A stretch of 63,736 bases of DNA, the filler included, from Nemertoderma westbladi (taxonomy: Eukaryota > Animalia > Xenacoelomorpha), in the NCBI GenBank assembly GCA_032718475.1. It is 6 parts of 6 records of this genome, joined end to end, with 100 filler letters (N's around TTAATTAATTAA, not from the genome) between each part and the next. Parts side by side here need not be neighbours in the genome. Positions count along the whole stretch, not along the records: positions 39,667 to 59,095 come from JAUCBJ010007538.1; positions 59,196 to 63,736 come from JAUCBJ010003377.1; 4 more parts are not named here. One strand, written 5' to 3'. The translations under genes were made by a program, and so were the position numbers. The notes below the pieces were generated by a model. The model saw nothing but the letters and a program-made list of their open reading frames with translations, searched no databases and was not told the origin of the DNA. Below, piece by piece: positions 51,252-63,736 of this stretch (positions are counted from its first letter, which is position 1; every line of letters starts with the position of its first letter).

Positions 51252-51637
51252 TAGTAGTAGTAGTAGTATGAAGGCAGTAGCAGTTATAGTTGGAAAGTGC
51301 TGTATGAATCTGTGTATATGGATGCCGCTCGCGCGCTTGGTCTGCAGTGGCACTTAGTTCGACTCGTTAGGGCTTTTCTACAGATCAGTTACTAATATTT
51401 ATATTACACAGCTACTCACATCAATGTAGGGTATATTAGAGTAAAGCTGTAGAATTTTAAAACAACAGCTGATTTACATTTTACAATGTTGTAATTTATA
51501 AATATTCAAACATCTATAGTGGGCAAAGAACATCTATATATATAATTGTACATGATTACATTATACAAAAATCTGCAATTTGGGTACCTCGGTCCACGGA
51601 CCAGAAGCCAGTATAATAATGCCCAAAGGATATGATA

Positions 51638-52981
51638 CTAGTACTACTAGGTCGATCGAACTCGGACAGTGGAAATGAGATCCTTCCAGGCTTCCCGATT
51701 CTCCATATATGTCGCAATTTCGTTTATCCCAAGTTCAGTATCCCTTTCAAGTTGATCTATATATGTTATGGACGGTCGTCCACGACTACGCTTTCCATGA
51801 GTTGGTTGCCAGAAAAGTAGATCTGGTATGACCTCGTCTTTACTTCGCCAGCAGTGCCCACTGAATCTTAATCTGCGTTCATTGAGGGTAGTTGATACAG
51901 GTGGTATTGTACCATAAAGCACGGCGTACGTACGTAAGTACTCATTTCTTTTAGAACTGGTGTTATAGGTGTAACCCTTGATGTCTTCTGGGCCAATTTG
52001 CGCATTCAGGTCACCAGCAATGACTTTAACATTGTGTTTCGGAATGTCCTTAATAAGTCCAGTCAGTTCTTCATAAAACTTGACTGCTTGTTCTGGCTCT
52101 GAGGCATTGGTTGGACTGTAGCAGCATATAACTGTTGCCTTGGGATTCCCATCAAATGTTGCGATCATAACCCTGGTATTTATAGATTCGATGTTGTTTA
52201 GGTTCTTAAGTGCAAATGGGCTTAGTAGAATTCCTACTCCACCAATTGATGCATTGGACGAGTTTCTTACTGCTGAGCTTGTTACTAACGTCCATCCATT
52301 TCCAATGTCATTGTACATTGTACATGGCAGTGTCTTCATGACAAATCCGATGTTCTTGGATGCAGATGATGTTGATGTTATATTCCATTGCCAGAGCAAC
52401 CATGTCACCCTGTTTGGTAAGTGCTTTCAGCGTGCGTGCGTTCATTGTAGCAATCTTTTGTGTCTTTTTACATTTCAACAGGTTGGTTATTCTTTCTTCT
52501 CTGTCTTCTGTTCCAGTAGCCAATTTATCGACCCCAGCCTGGTGTACCACTGATGGACGAGGTCCTTGTTGACCCGGGCGACGACCGAGCCGGTATTTCT
52601 CCCGGAGGGTTCTCATACTCATATCTTTCAGTTGTGGGAGTAAACCACTTGTGGTCGCAACTCCTACAAGCGTCTTCGCAGTAGGTCGCCCTTGGGTTGA
52701 TTACCTTCCGCCGACCTTGTCAGCATGTCTAGCCATTGGTTGATTACCTTCCGCCTATCCATGGCCTACAGCCCTGCTGCCGACTGTAGGGGTCCTTTTG
52801 TTACACCCTTGAACCAAGTGTGCCACCTGGGTTAGGTTACCTAACACTGGTAGAGGAGCATCCAGTATAGACAGGGCGGGGCGTGTATCATCTCTAATGC
52901 AGATGCGTATCAAGCCTTTGCCTTCAATGGTGCCCTAGGCGCTATAGCCCTCAATGACTTTAGTTGACGATTTAGTTGAGT
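51638..52981 (-). mobile_element. Internally deleted (bipartite) LINE family A copy
   Basis: 11-bp TSD aggatatgata at 51627-51637 and 52982-52992. Part of the 5' UTR plus the APE N-terminal region is joined at ~51930 to the last ~290 nt. The RT core is missing. Confidence 0.92.
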
Positions 52982-53867
52982 AGGATATGATATGCTGAGA
53001 TAAATTATTAATATTACGACTTCGATAATGAGGAACTGATATTATTTAGGGAATTATTATTCACTGCAATTATTAATATGTAATGGCGGAATATGGTTAC
53101 TCCTTACTACTCAACTACACCATGTCCTGGAATATAGTGTCGTTTAATGATTTTAGGAACTGATAATTTATATTACTATACTATACTATGTGTTTGATGC
53201 AAAATTAAGAGATTCATATTCAGTTACTACCGTAATCCTGAGTTACCGGTACGTTCAGCCCTATCTGGCCCGGGCTATTATACTACAGTACTTTAATTGG
53301 CACGGTTTGATGTAGAGGAATAAACCATCCCAATGAAATCAGCACATTCTAAAACCTCAGTAGCCAAACTTTACGGCCAATTTACCACTTTTGGAAAAAG
53401 TGCTACTTGCACTTTTGGAACTCTTTTAGTATCTATTTAAAAAAATGAACATTTTGTTTCTAATCTTGCTTTCGATTACTGATAATGAATTCAACAAAAC
53501 AAAACGGATATAGTATGGTTGATGGTTATACCAAAGTCTTTGAAGGGTGATTTTATGTAATTTTATCCATTCCGAAAGGTGTTGATATGGTATATGTGTG
53601 CCAAGAACTCCTCGTATCTCGGAAACTACTGGAGCTATTAAATGTTTATTTTTCTCATCTGAAAGAGGATATAATTTTAGTTAGGGACAAGTACTTTCGA
53701 CGCGCTAGACGTATTGTTTCAGGGATTCTATCTAAGAGAAGTAACTGGTCCACTAATTTTAGAGGCTTTGTAGCAGCTTGGCGGGTCTTATCTATAGTAG
53801 GTCATTATAATGTAATAGGACAATATGATAACTCCATAGTATTCGAGCCCCAATAGGGGGTGTTGTC

Positions 53868-54050
53868 GCGTTTCGGCAACTGATAGTAGCAATAGAGCCG
53901 CGTTTCGGCAACTGAGTGATGCAATTCGGCAACTCATAGTTTCATTTCGGCAACTCATAGTTGCATTTCAGCAACTCATTGTTGCATTTCGGCAACTTTT
54001 AGCAGGATGCGCTTAGGCAAACTGATAGTTGGTAGCGTTTCGGCAACTCG
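53868..54050. repeat. ~21-bp degenerate minisatellite
   Basis: tttcggcaactcatagttgca-like units, about 8. Confidence 0.8.
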
Positions 54051-54769
54051 TAAACAAAGGACAAACTGGATACTGTATAGAGCCTACACAGCATAGTGAT
54101 AGGTGGAATCTCAACGTCCCCATCGCATCGTATCAACATAGGGCAGAGCAAATCAGTATTGTTTATTACCTTTGCCTCATTACGTTTTCCCATTATTCAT
54201 TTACATATTATTAATTCCATATATTGGTTACATATTCTATATAATATAATATTATATAATATTATAATTAATAATTATAATTAATATTATAATATTATAA
54301 GTCTATTAATTCAATCTGATATTAATTCATACAGCACTCAGTTTATCGATTCCCCTTTTCAATTTTGGTTTTTCAACTCGCGTTCGACTCAGTAGGTAGA
54401 ATTTTATTTAGAATCCGACATATCTAAGGATCAGTTTGAGACCAAAATTGAGAGCGTACAATGATTAGTTTTAATTTTAGGTTAGTTTGAGTAACAGCTG
54501 TCCAGTGTCACGGGTGGAAAAAAATGTGCAATTAGGTTTTCCTTTTGTAAAAGCCTTATTGTATGTCACTTCTAAATAATTATTGATTGTTATAGAAAAC
54601 CAGAGTATTTAGAGCTAATTAAAGATTTAATTAGTTTAATTATTTAATAAGTGATTAGGCTAATTATTGAATTAGGTAATTAACTTAAAATATGTAATTT
54701 AGGTAATTTACTTAGGCAAATACAGTTTCGCAGGCAATTTATGGATGGCATCGCATGGCAATCTACTCC

Positions 54770-56040
54770 CTTTGGGGAGTAGATGTGGTGCAGCCGCCGT
54801 TGGGAGTAGATATGGTACAGTCCACCACAGGGGAGTAGATATTGACCATTGGGGAGTAGAAGTGATGCAGCCACCATTGGGGATTAGATGTAGTGCAGCA
54901 ATTATTGGGGAGTAGGGTGTGGTGCAGCCACAGTTGGGGAGTAGATGTGGTGCAGCACCATTGGGGAGTAGATGTGGTGCAGCAACTATTGGGGAGTAGA
55001 TGTTGTGCAGCCACAGTTGGGGAGTATATGTGGTGCAGCCCACCGTTGGAGAGTAGATGTGTTGCAGCCACCATTGAGGAGTATATGTGGTGCAGCCACA
55101 GTTGGGGGGTAGATGTGGTGCAGCAACTATTGGGGAGTAGATGTGGTGCAGCCACCATTGAGGAGTATATGTGGTGCAGCCACAGTTGGGGGGTAGATGT
55201 GATGCAGCCACAGTTGGGGAGTAGATGTGGTGCAACACCATTGAGGAGTACATGTGATTCAGCCACCGTTTGGGTGATGTGGTGCATCCACCATTTGGGG
55301 TAGATGTGGTTCAGCCACCATTGGAGAGAAAGCTTAGATGTGGTGCAGCCTCCATTGAGGAGTGATGTGGTGCAGCCACCATATAGCGGAGTAGATGTTG
55401 ACCATGGGAGAGTAGATGTGATGCAGCCACCATTGCGGTAGTAAATGTGTGTGGAGCAGCCACCATTGGAGAGTAGATGTGGTACAGCCACCATTGGGGC
55501 GTAAGCCTAGATGTGATGCAGCCAACATTGAGGAGTATATGTAATGCAGCCAATATAGGGGAGTAGTTGTGGTGCAGCCACAGTTGGGGAGTAGATGTGG
55601 TGCAGCACCATTGAGGTGTAGATGTGGTGCAGCCACCATAGGGGAGTAGATGTTGACCATTGGAGTGTAGATGTGGCGCAGCCACCATGGGGAGTAGATG
55701 TTGGTTGACCATAGGAATGTGATGCAGCCACCATTGGGGAGTAGATGTGGAGCAGTCACCATTGGAGAGTAGATGTGGTACAGACTCTATTGGGGGGCAG
55801 ATGTGATGCAGCCTCCATTGGGGAGTAGATGTGGCGTAGCCACCATAGGGGAGTAGATGTGGTGTAGCCACCATAGGGTAGTAGATGTTGACCATTGAAT
55901 CTTGGGAGTAGATGTGATGCATACACCATTGGGGAGAAGATGAGGGGCAGTCACCATTGGGGAGTAGATGTGGTACAGCCACCATTGGGGAGTAGATGTG
56001 GTGTAGCGACCGTTGGGGAGTAGATGTTGTGCACCCACAG
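54770..56040. repeat. Degenerate ~28-bp minisatellite
   Basis: ttggggagtagatgtggtgcagccacca and variants. It accounts for the many overlapping ORFs at 54680-56063. Confidence 0.9.
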
Positions 56041-56570
56041 TACACAGACAGACACACAGACAAGAAAGACAGACATAAAGACGGACATTAAATTTTGCCC
56101 TATTTATACTAATTATAATTGTGCGCTAAGGCTCGCCTTTACTGCGTGGCTCGCCCCACAGAACTGCAGTCGCATTGCAGTATGCATGTACTATAATAGT
56201 TCCCTCGTCACTGATTGAACATTTTATTTACTTCAATTCAAATATGAATTTATTTTTAGTTCTAAATTTTAACACCAAGTAATTAAAGTCTCCTTCAACA
56301 CAAAAACAAAAATATACATTGTTCTTGGTAATTAATTGTACCGTAATGTTATTCTTCACACAATTGACACCATTAGAATATCGCGCTGTAAAGACGCCCT
56401 ATCTCACTCAGCAGGAGGACGCCACGCCTTCCGTAATCCACGTAGTTGTAACGCCCCACAAAGGAAATGCACAAGGTTTATTTGCTTTATCTATTAGGGA
56501 TAAGTTCCCTTGGGATAATGAAATGTGGAAAAGGGGGAGGAGCGCAGTTCCTGCGCTTTCGATATCCGGT

Positions 56571-58402
56571 TCTGATAACTAGGGGACATTGACAGGCCTA
56601 CAGACACTATGCCACGGACTATACAGTAGTGTCTGATAACTAGGGGACATTAACAGGCCTACAGACACTATGCCCCGGACTATACAGTAGTGTCTGATAA
56701 CTAGGGGACATTGATAGGCCTACAGACACTATGCCCCGGACTATACAGTAGTGTCTGATAACTAGGGGACATTGATAGGCCTACAGACACTATGCCCCGG
56801 ACTATACAGTAGTGTCTGATAACTAGGGGACATTGACAGGCCTACAGACACTATGCCCCGGACTATACAGTAGTGTCTGATAACTAGGGGACATTGATAG
56901 GCCTACAGACACTATGCCCCGGACTATACAGTAGTGTCTGATAACTAGGGGACATTGATAGGCCTACAGACACTATGCCCCGGACTATACAGTAGTGTCT
57001 GATAACTAGGGGACATTGACAGGCCTACAGACACTATGCCCCGGACTATACAGTAGTGTCTGATAACTAGGGGACATTGACAGGCCTACAGACACTATGC
57101 CCCGGACTATACAGTAGTGTCTGATAACTAGGGGACATTGACAGGCCTACAGACACTATGCCCCGGACTATACAGTAGTGTCTGATAACTAGGGGACATT
57201 GATAGGCCTACAGACACTATGCCCCGGACTATACAGTAGTGTCTGATAACTAGGGGACATTGATAGGCCTACAGACACTATGCCCCGGACTATACAGTAG
57301 TGTCTGATAACTAGGGGACATTGACAGGCCTACAGACACTATGCCCCGGACTATACAGTAGTGTCTGATAACTAGGGGACATTGACAGGCCTACAGACAC
57401 TATGCCCCGGACTATACAGTAGTGTCTGATAACTAGGGGACATTGATAGGCCTACAGACACTATGCCCCGGACTATACAGTAGTGTCTGATAACTAGGGG
57501 ACATTGATAGGCCTACAGACACTATGCCCCGGACTATACAGTAGTGTCTGATAACTAGGGGACATTGATAGGCCTACAGACACTATGCCCCGGACTATAC
57601 AGTAGTGTCTGATAACTAGGGGACATTGACAGGCCTACAGACACTATGCCCCGGACTATACAGTAGTGTCTGATAACTAGGGGACATTGACAGGCCTACA
57701 GACACTATGCCCCGGAATATACAGTAGTGTCTGATAACTAGGGGACATTGACAGGCTACAGACACTATGCCCCGGACTATACAGTAGTGTCTGATAACTA
57801 GGGGACATTGACAGGCCTACAGACACTATGCCCCGGACTATACAGTAGTGTCTGATAACTAGGGGACATTGACAGGCCTACAGACACTATGCCCCGGACT
57901 ATACAGTAGTGTCTGATAACTAGGGGACATTGACAGGCCTACAGACACTATGCCCCGGACTATACAGTAGTGTCTGATAACTAGGGGACATTGACAGGCC
58001 TACAGACACTATGCCCCGGACTATACAGTAGTGTCTGATAACTAGGGGACATTGACAGGCCTACAGACACTATGCCCCGGACTATACAGTAGTGTCTGAT
58101 AACTAGGGGACATTGACAGGCCTACAGACACTATGCCCCGGACTATACAGTAGTGTCTGATAACTAGGGGACATTGATAGGCCTACAGACACTATGCCCC
58201 GGACTATACAGTAGTGTCTGATAACTAGGGGACATTGACAGGCCTACAGACACTATGCCCCGGACTATACAGTAGTGTCTGATAACTAGGGGACATTGAT
58301 AGGCCTACAGACACTATGCCCCGGACTATACAGTAGTGTCTGATAACTAGGGGACATTGACAGGCCTACAGACACTATGCCCCGGACTATACAGTAGTGT
58401 CT
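56571..58402. repeat. 61-bp satellite, 30 copies, nearly homogeneous
   Basis: Unit tctgataactaggggacattga(c/t)aggcctacagacactatgccccggactatacagtagtg. Confidence 0.97.
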
Positions 58403-59659
58403 TAATTTAGTGGCGTGCCAAATATTTCTATAAATCTTAGTTTCGTTTATTTATTCAATACAAAAGCAATTTGACAACAAGCCAATATAGTGGCTTATGA
58501 GCGGCCGTTTGCCATATATATATACAAGCAATAACACAGTAATATAATTGTAAATAAAGTCTCAAGCATGCGTACACATTCCCATACACCCCACATACAC
58601 CCCAATAACCCACACACACACCCATGTAACACCCGAGCAGCCCCGATACGCAGCACCGAAGGCGCCAAAAACAGCATGCAGATCGAGCCATAATGGCCAT
58701 TTGAATAGGTGACAGATTTTATTTAAGTAAGATCGCGTGTTAGTTGCGGTGCAAACATTATCTGGTGTCAGAAGCATGGCCTTGCAAGGGGTGCAGTAGT
58801 TACCTAGTAGCATGGTATTATTCACAGATATGTGACCCTGAAAGAAAAGTGACCCACACCCGGTTGATTAAGGGGGGTGTAAGATTAACCCCACGCCCGG
58901 GTTGAAGCATGAACCCGCGCACAGGGTGAAAGCGTGAACTCGAGCCCGGAAGGCGGTGGCCCACACCCGGGCGGATGTGAGTCAGCAAGCCGCGAGGTTA
59001 TCTAGCGCCCAGATTGTGAAGTGAATCGCAAGGGCAATAAACTAGCGAATTGTGGGTTGTGGGTGAATTAGAGCACTAAAGCAAGCCGGGAATGTNNNNN
59101 NNNNNNNNNNNNNNNNNNNNNNNNNNNNNNNNNNNNNNNTTAATTAATTAANNNNNNNNNNNNNNNNNNNNNNNNNNNNNNNNNNNNNNNNNNNNCCAGA
59201 CTTTCTGCCGTTCTATTTCACTTTGCAGTTACCCCCATGTGAAGAATACCAGGTTTTCATCAAAAACACAGGTTACAGAAGGGCTGAATATAACCAAAAC
59301 AATAAACGAATTAGTATATGTGCAGGTTATAAGACATAAATAAGCTCTATAATACACTCAATAAAGATAAATTAAAAAAGAATTAAAATCTTCAAATATA
59401 AAATTCCAATAAAAGTCGACCGAAAAGTGAAATCCTGGTATTCTTCACATGGGCGGTATTCTTCACATGGACCGACACCAAAATTTGGCACCAGCCGCTA
59501 AAAACAAATTTAAAATTTTGAGCTTATTTTATTTGAATTCCTTTTAGTTCGTTTCAGTTAGTCTTTTAGTTAGTATCGTTAGTTTCAGAGCGGGAAGTAT
59601 TATATTGACACCCCCCCCCCCCCGAGTTTAAGGGGAATACCGGGGAAACTTCACATGCT

Positions 59660-59835
59660 GACATAGGCAGAAAGTCCAGTACTCATTTAGCTACCATTTA
59701 AGGATGCAAGGCAGAGATGCCTCGCAAAACCCTTCAAAACATTCGTGCCGAAACGAAAACTACCTTGGCCCCATGCCGGGGTTGAACCCACAACCTCCGA
59801 GAGATGTGAATTCAATATAACCACTACACCAAGGT
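59660..59835 (-). mobile_element. tRNA-derived SINE
   Basis: Minus strand reads tggtgtagtgg (A-box) ... ggttcaacccc (B-box) ... gccttgcatccttaaatggtagctaaatgagtac. Confidence 0.65.
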
Positions 59836-60935
59836 GCGCTCTGAACCAAGGTGGAACAAGTGTCAGATACCGTCAGATCAGATCAGATCAGATAAGGACA
59901 GATGTTTTAGCCATCCTAAGTGGCAATGGCTGTTGGGTTTTTGTACCTACTCCCACGCCCACCCCTTACTCCCTCGTACATTTTCGTACGTGGTGTACCG
60001 TACACATATTTTCAATTGGGGTGTCGTTTCAGCCTATGGAAGTATTTCTGGAGTTCTAATTGGATGTTCCTTCCTTCCTTCAATAAGCTCACATCATTGG
60101 CTAACACTCTCCCATAGCCAAAAGGTGTGTAGGTTCTGCCTAATTGCCAGAAGGGGTGTCGCTTGGGGGAAATCAAAAGTACTTATCATATCAGTATTAA
60201 TTGTTAATTTGTATTTTGGATTATAATATATCATTTTCTTATTGTTGTGTATAAATTTCAAATTGTTTCTCACAGAGACGGGTGCTGGGGTGTATGATGA
60301 GTTTTGTTGATAGTAATAAGCCAACAGAGTCGAGTATAGCACTATAGCAGTTTTGCCACGATTGCCAGTCCAAAAAAAAATTTAGGGCAGAAAAGTACTT
60401 ATATAGCCTGCATAAAAGTATTATAAAAAATATACTGTAGGGCATTCAAGTAAAAAATATAGGGCAAAAAAAGGTAAAAAATATACGACAAACAAAACTG
60501 CCTTATTACATATTATGCGTATATACAGTATATGCGCATATGGCTCATATAGATTGATGATCTTTCAAGCCCGATTCCAGTTAATCCAGAATTTGCAAAT
60601 TCCAACACGTTTAGTAATGTAATCAATTTATCACGCAATCATAATGACAGGTACACAACCTTTACTTGCAAAAATTGTCAAGGAGGTTCAAGGTACAGTA
60701 CAAAATAAAATAATTACTGTAGTAGGCTCAGTTTATTATCTTCTTATATCCACATAATATCTCGGTCGACTTTATTCTTTCTGGTCTCTATTTTACCTCT
60801 AGTAATTGTATACCTAATTTAGCTAAATGTTAATAGTTTTTAGGTCCCCGTACCGAGACCTCTAGTATTCACTCCGTTGTTTTTGTTGGTGTTGTTGTTA
60901 ATTTCTCGTTAGGTTTTGGTATTAAAAATTGATAC

Positions 60936-61015
60936 GGCCCCAGTGGTTCAGTTGGCAGAGCGTGGGACTTGGAATCTCGAGCTTTAGGTACCGAGTTCAA
61001 TCCCCCATTCCGGTT
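60936..61015 (+). pseudogene. tRNA-like sequence (TGG loop, Pro-like); SINE head or tRNA pseudogene
   Basis: A-box tggttcagttgg, loop cttggaa, B-box gttcaatcc. The acceptor and anticodon stems pair poorly. Confidence 0.55.
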
Positions 61016-62549
61016 AATTTTGTTGTTGTAAGATTAGTAGTAAGCCATTCAAGGAGACAGTTCATGCGTTAGTGGACGCGGAACTTTGCGCGATTTTGCG
61101 CTTGTTTATATTTACTTATCTGCAAGTTCCTGTGTTTTATCTACTGTACAGTTAAACAAATATTACTTAAGGACTCATTGGTAAAACTATTGCGACTGCT
61201 GTGTCAGTGTTATTCCCATTTTATAATGGAAATAACGATGTACATGTAGTTAATTGCCAAATAAATATTATTGACAATCACAAACTTAATAAAATCATGA
61301 TTTTGCATGCTGCGCAGTCGCCCCATCTCGATCTCATACAACTCATTAGAGTTTCCATCTTGCAGATTTTTCGATTCAGGGCATTTCAACCTACAGTAGA
61401 TATCAATCGAAATAAATCAGCATGGCAAAAATCATTTAAAGTGATCGATAATATTACAGTAGGCCTACGAGTGGATATTAAATTATTGAATGTATGCCAT
61501 ACAGTATCTGAATAACGGCACTACTGTACTGCTGTACATATTACAGGACATGGTGTACAGTATAGATGTTGGTGGCGGTTTTATATTACCTGTTTACGTA
61601 TTTACATAAACGTACAGTACACATTCGAGCGGCCTTCACGCAGCACGAGGCTCAGTTATTAAATTAATAACTTTTTAAATTAATAATTAAATATTAATAT
61701 TGAGCATTTCTATCCCAAAATCGGCATTTAAGAAATTTTACCAAACCGCCAATAAGAATAAATCAAAGAAGAGAGAAAAGTTCCCCCTTCAACCCCCCTT
61801 TTAATCTGCACCACCCCAACCCAAAGGCGCACAGAGCATTAATGAAAGGCAGAGGTATTAACATAAAATTTGTGTTTTAAATTTTAGGCGTACAGTAGAG
61901 GCGACCCAATTTGTAAAAATATTAAAGCTTACCTTATGCCGATTGTGTTGATACTGAAATATTAATTTATCATGTAACGCCTCAACAAAATTATTTAGCT
62001 AATTATTCTAAAGAATCAGGATGAAATACTCAGCCAATCATTTTTCCAGATAAATAATAAGCAAGCTGGACATTAATTAATTAATCGTTATTTAAATAAA
62101 TGAATTTATCTTACCTTCTCGAAGGTCACACGCAAATTCAACCTGGAAAATCTCTCAACTTTTGCCAGACTACACATGTATTTGTACCAAATTTGGAGTT
62201 AATTAACGTTTAAAATTGAACATAACAGAATAACAGAAACACCGATTGTGTTAGTATGCTAAGCTCGCTTATTCTCGTGGCTCGCCCCACAAGGGATTTT
62301 CATAATGTCTGGATCACTATCCAGCGCACTTTTTGTAAGGATTCCACTACTGCACTACTGCAGTAGGAATAGTAGGCCCTATGCATTTTCTGCAAGAATA
62401 GCGTCATTATAATTAATAGGCTTTTAGCTTTCACTCCCCAGCTTGCCGCTACATACCTTACATCAGTACATACTGTGTTTGTTTCCATTTCAACCTTGAA
62501 TTGATAACTCAATGATAATAATATACAGATATATCAGTAATAATTCGCA

Positions 62550-63736
62550 ATGCTGAATACTGGAAAATTAGCCAATCGAACGGTGTTTGTCACCGGTGCC
62601 AGCCGAGGTATTGGCCTTAGCATCGCGAAAAAATGCGCCGTAGACGGAGCCAATATAGTCATCGCGGCGAAAACCGCGGAAAAACACGCGAAATTATCGG
62701 GAACGATATACACGGCGGCGGAAGAGATCGAATCGGCAGGGGGGAAGTGTCTCCCTTGCGTTGTAGATATACGGGACGAGTCGCAGGTACGTTCCGCGGT
62801 CGAACAAGCCGTTAAACAATTCGGTGGAATCGACGTTCTGATTAACAACGCTTCGGCGATCAGTTTAACGGGAACTCTGGATACGTCGATGAAGAAATAC
62901 GATCTAATGAACTCTATCAACGCTCGCGGAACTTACCTTGTATCACGAGAGTGCCTTCCTCATCTAAGGAAAGGAACCAACCCGCATATATTAAATCTCA
63001 GTCCTCCACTCAGCATGAACTCTATTTGGTTTAAGAACCATGTTGCTTACACTATGGCTAAGTACGGTATGAGTATGTGCGTTTTGGGTATGTCAGCTGA
63101 GTTCCGTGAGGAGGTGGCTGTGAACGCGCTGTGGCCGCGTACGCTGATCTGGACTGCCGCCGCGGAGATGCTGCTGGGAGCCGAGGAATCTAGACGAACC
63201 TCCCGAACCCCCGAGATCGTTGCCGACGCCGCCTACGCTATACTCAATAGGGACGGAAGTTTTACGGGGAATTTCGTTGTTGATGAAGATATTCTGAAGG
63301 AAGTTGGGGTTACCGATTTTGCGAAATATAAAGCCGATCCTAAAGCAGCTGAAGAGGATCTCTTGCCTGATTTTTTCTTGGAAAGATCAGAAGCGATGGC
63401 GGCATCGTTTTACGTTAAAGGTGAAAGTAGCGGGAATATTTCTAGTTCATCAGTAACTGACCCCGAATTAGAGCGAGTATTCAATGCGATGAAGGATTGT
63501 TTGAGTAAGGAGGTTGTGGAGTCCGTTGGTGGGACTTTCACGTTGGATCTTAAGGGAGTCGGGAAGTGGCATTTAGATTTAGCGAGTGGTTCGGGTTCGT
63601 TACAGGAAGGCGGGCCCGAAGGGAAGTGCGTGCTGATACTCAGCGGGGAGAATTTCGTAAAGTTGGCGCGGGGAGATATGAATGCGACCAACGCCTTTAT
63701 GACAGGGAAACTGAAACTAAAAGGAGATATGAGTTT
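62550..63736 (+). CDS. HSDL2: Hydroxysteroid dehydrogenase-like protein 2 (SDR + SCP2 domain), 3'-partial, intronless in view
   Basis: Open frame from ATG 62550 to the window end: MLNTGKLANRTVFVTGASRGIG, AAKTAEKHAKLSGTIYTAAEEIE, NNASAI, YTMAKYGMSM (YxxxK), NALWPRT, LLPDFFL and SCP2 AFMTGKLKLKGDM. Missing from the ORF track because the stop is outside the window. Confidence 0.95.
   Translation, partial: MLNTGKLANRTVFVTGASRGIGLSIAKKCAVDGANIVIAAKTAEKHAKLSGTIYTAAEEIESAGGKCLPCVVDIRDESQVRSAVEQAVKQFGGIDVLINNASAISLTGTLDTSMKKYDLMNSINARGTYLVSRECLPHLRKGTNPHILNLSPPLSMNSIWFKNHVAYTMAKYGMSMCVLGMSAEFREEVAVNALWPRTLIWTAAAEMLLGAEESRRTSRTPEIVADAAYAILNRDGSFTGNFVVDEDILKEVGVTDFAKYKADPKAAEEDLLPDFFLERSEAMAASFYVKGESSGNISSSSVTDPELERVFNAMKDCLSKEVVESVGGTFTLDLKGVGKWHLDLASGSGSLQEGGPEGKCVLILSGENFVKLARGDMNATNAFMTGKLKLKGDMS

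Larger units (their letters stand above)
47601..51265 (+). mobile_element. Full-length RTE-clade LINE family A (~3.5 kb plus nested insertion)
   Basis: 13-bp TSD gtatgaaggcagt at 47588-47600 and 51266-51278. ~475-nt 5' UTR, a single APE+RT ORF and a (TAG)n tail. Confidence 0.95.

Noticed and set aside
45550-53790. Inverted homologous blocks as TIRs of one ~8-kb element carrying the LINEs
   Set aside because: The copies are clearly diverged and I found no matched termini or TSD. They are more likely two independent insertions.
54680-56063. Cluster of His/Pro/Thr-rich ORFs (similarly 40432-40884, 18360-18662, 14452-14907)
   Set aside because: They are open in several frames on both strands because they overlie minisatellites.
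56040-56160. Repeat end gctcgc...gtggctcgccccaca (also 62258-62291), perhaps Helentron/DINE-like
   Set aside because: The shared motif is real but too short to classify, and its boundaries are not definable.
9752-58402. AGTAG present in the 76-, 89-, 61- and 28-bp satellite units, echoing the LINE tail
   Set aside because: It is a post-hoc 5-mer, absent from the 20-, 21-, 27-, 44- and 54-bp units and not at array boundaries.
60936-61015. Functional tRNA-Pro gene
   Set aside because: The stems do not form a proper cloverleaf. It is kept only as a SINE head or pseudogene.
62534-63691. Minus-strand ORFs 62534..62920 and 63410..63691
   Set aside because: They are antisense shadows of HSDL2.

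Overview
AT-rich animal (invertebrate-like) genomic DNA, not prokaryotic. It consists of six assembled pieces joined by five artificial 100-nt spacers (N-run + TTAATTAATTAA + N-run). Host genes are sparse: an intronless HSDL2 (SDR + SCP2, running off the right edge), an intronless atypical Rab-like GTPase with an N-terminal acylation motif and a long C-terminal extension, one class-A GPCR exon, and two in-frame exons of a kelch-like gene. Most of the window is mobile DNA and repeats: an RTE-clade LINE family with a (TAG)n tail (full-length, 5'-truncated, internally deleted and ~46-bp copies, each with its own TSD), a second (TAG)n-tailed RTE-like family, a GC-rich Gypsy integrase fragment, a decayed Academ-like transposon with nested TTAA MITEs, several other MITEs, tRNA-derived SINEs and about 12 tandem arrays. 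The most striking signal is reiteration of the LINE's last 66 nt. It is duplicated inside the TSD of one copy and amplified, in the same register, into a 22-unit array ~10 kb away. All family assignments come from motif recognition by eye; no searches were run.
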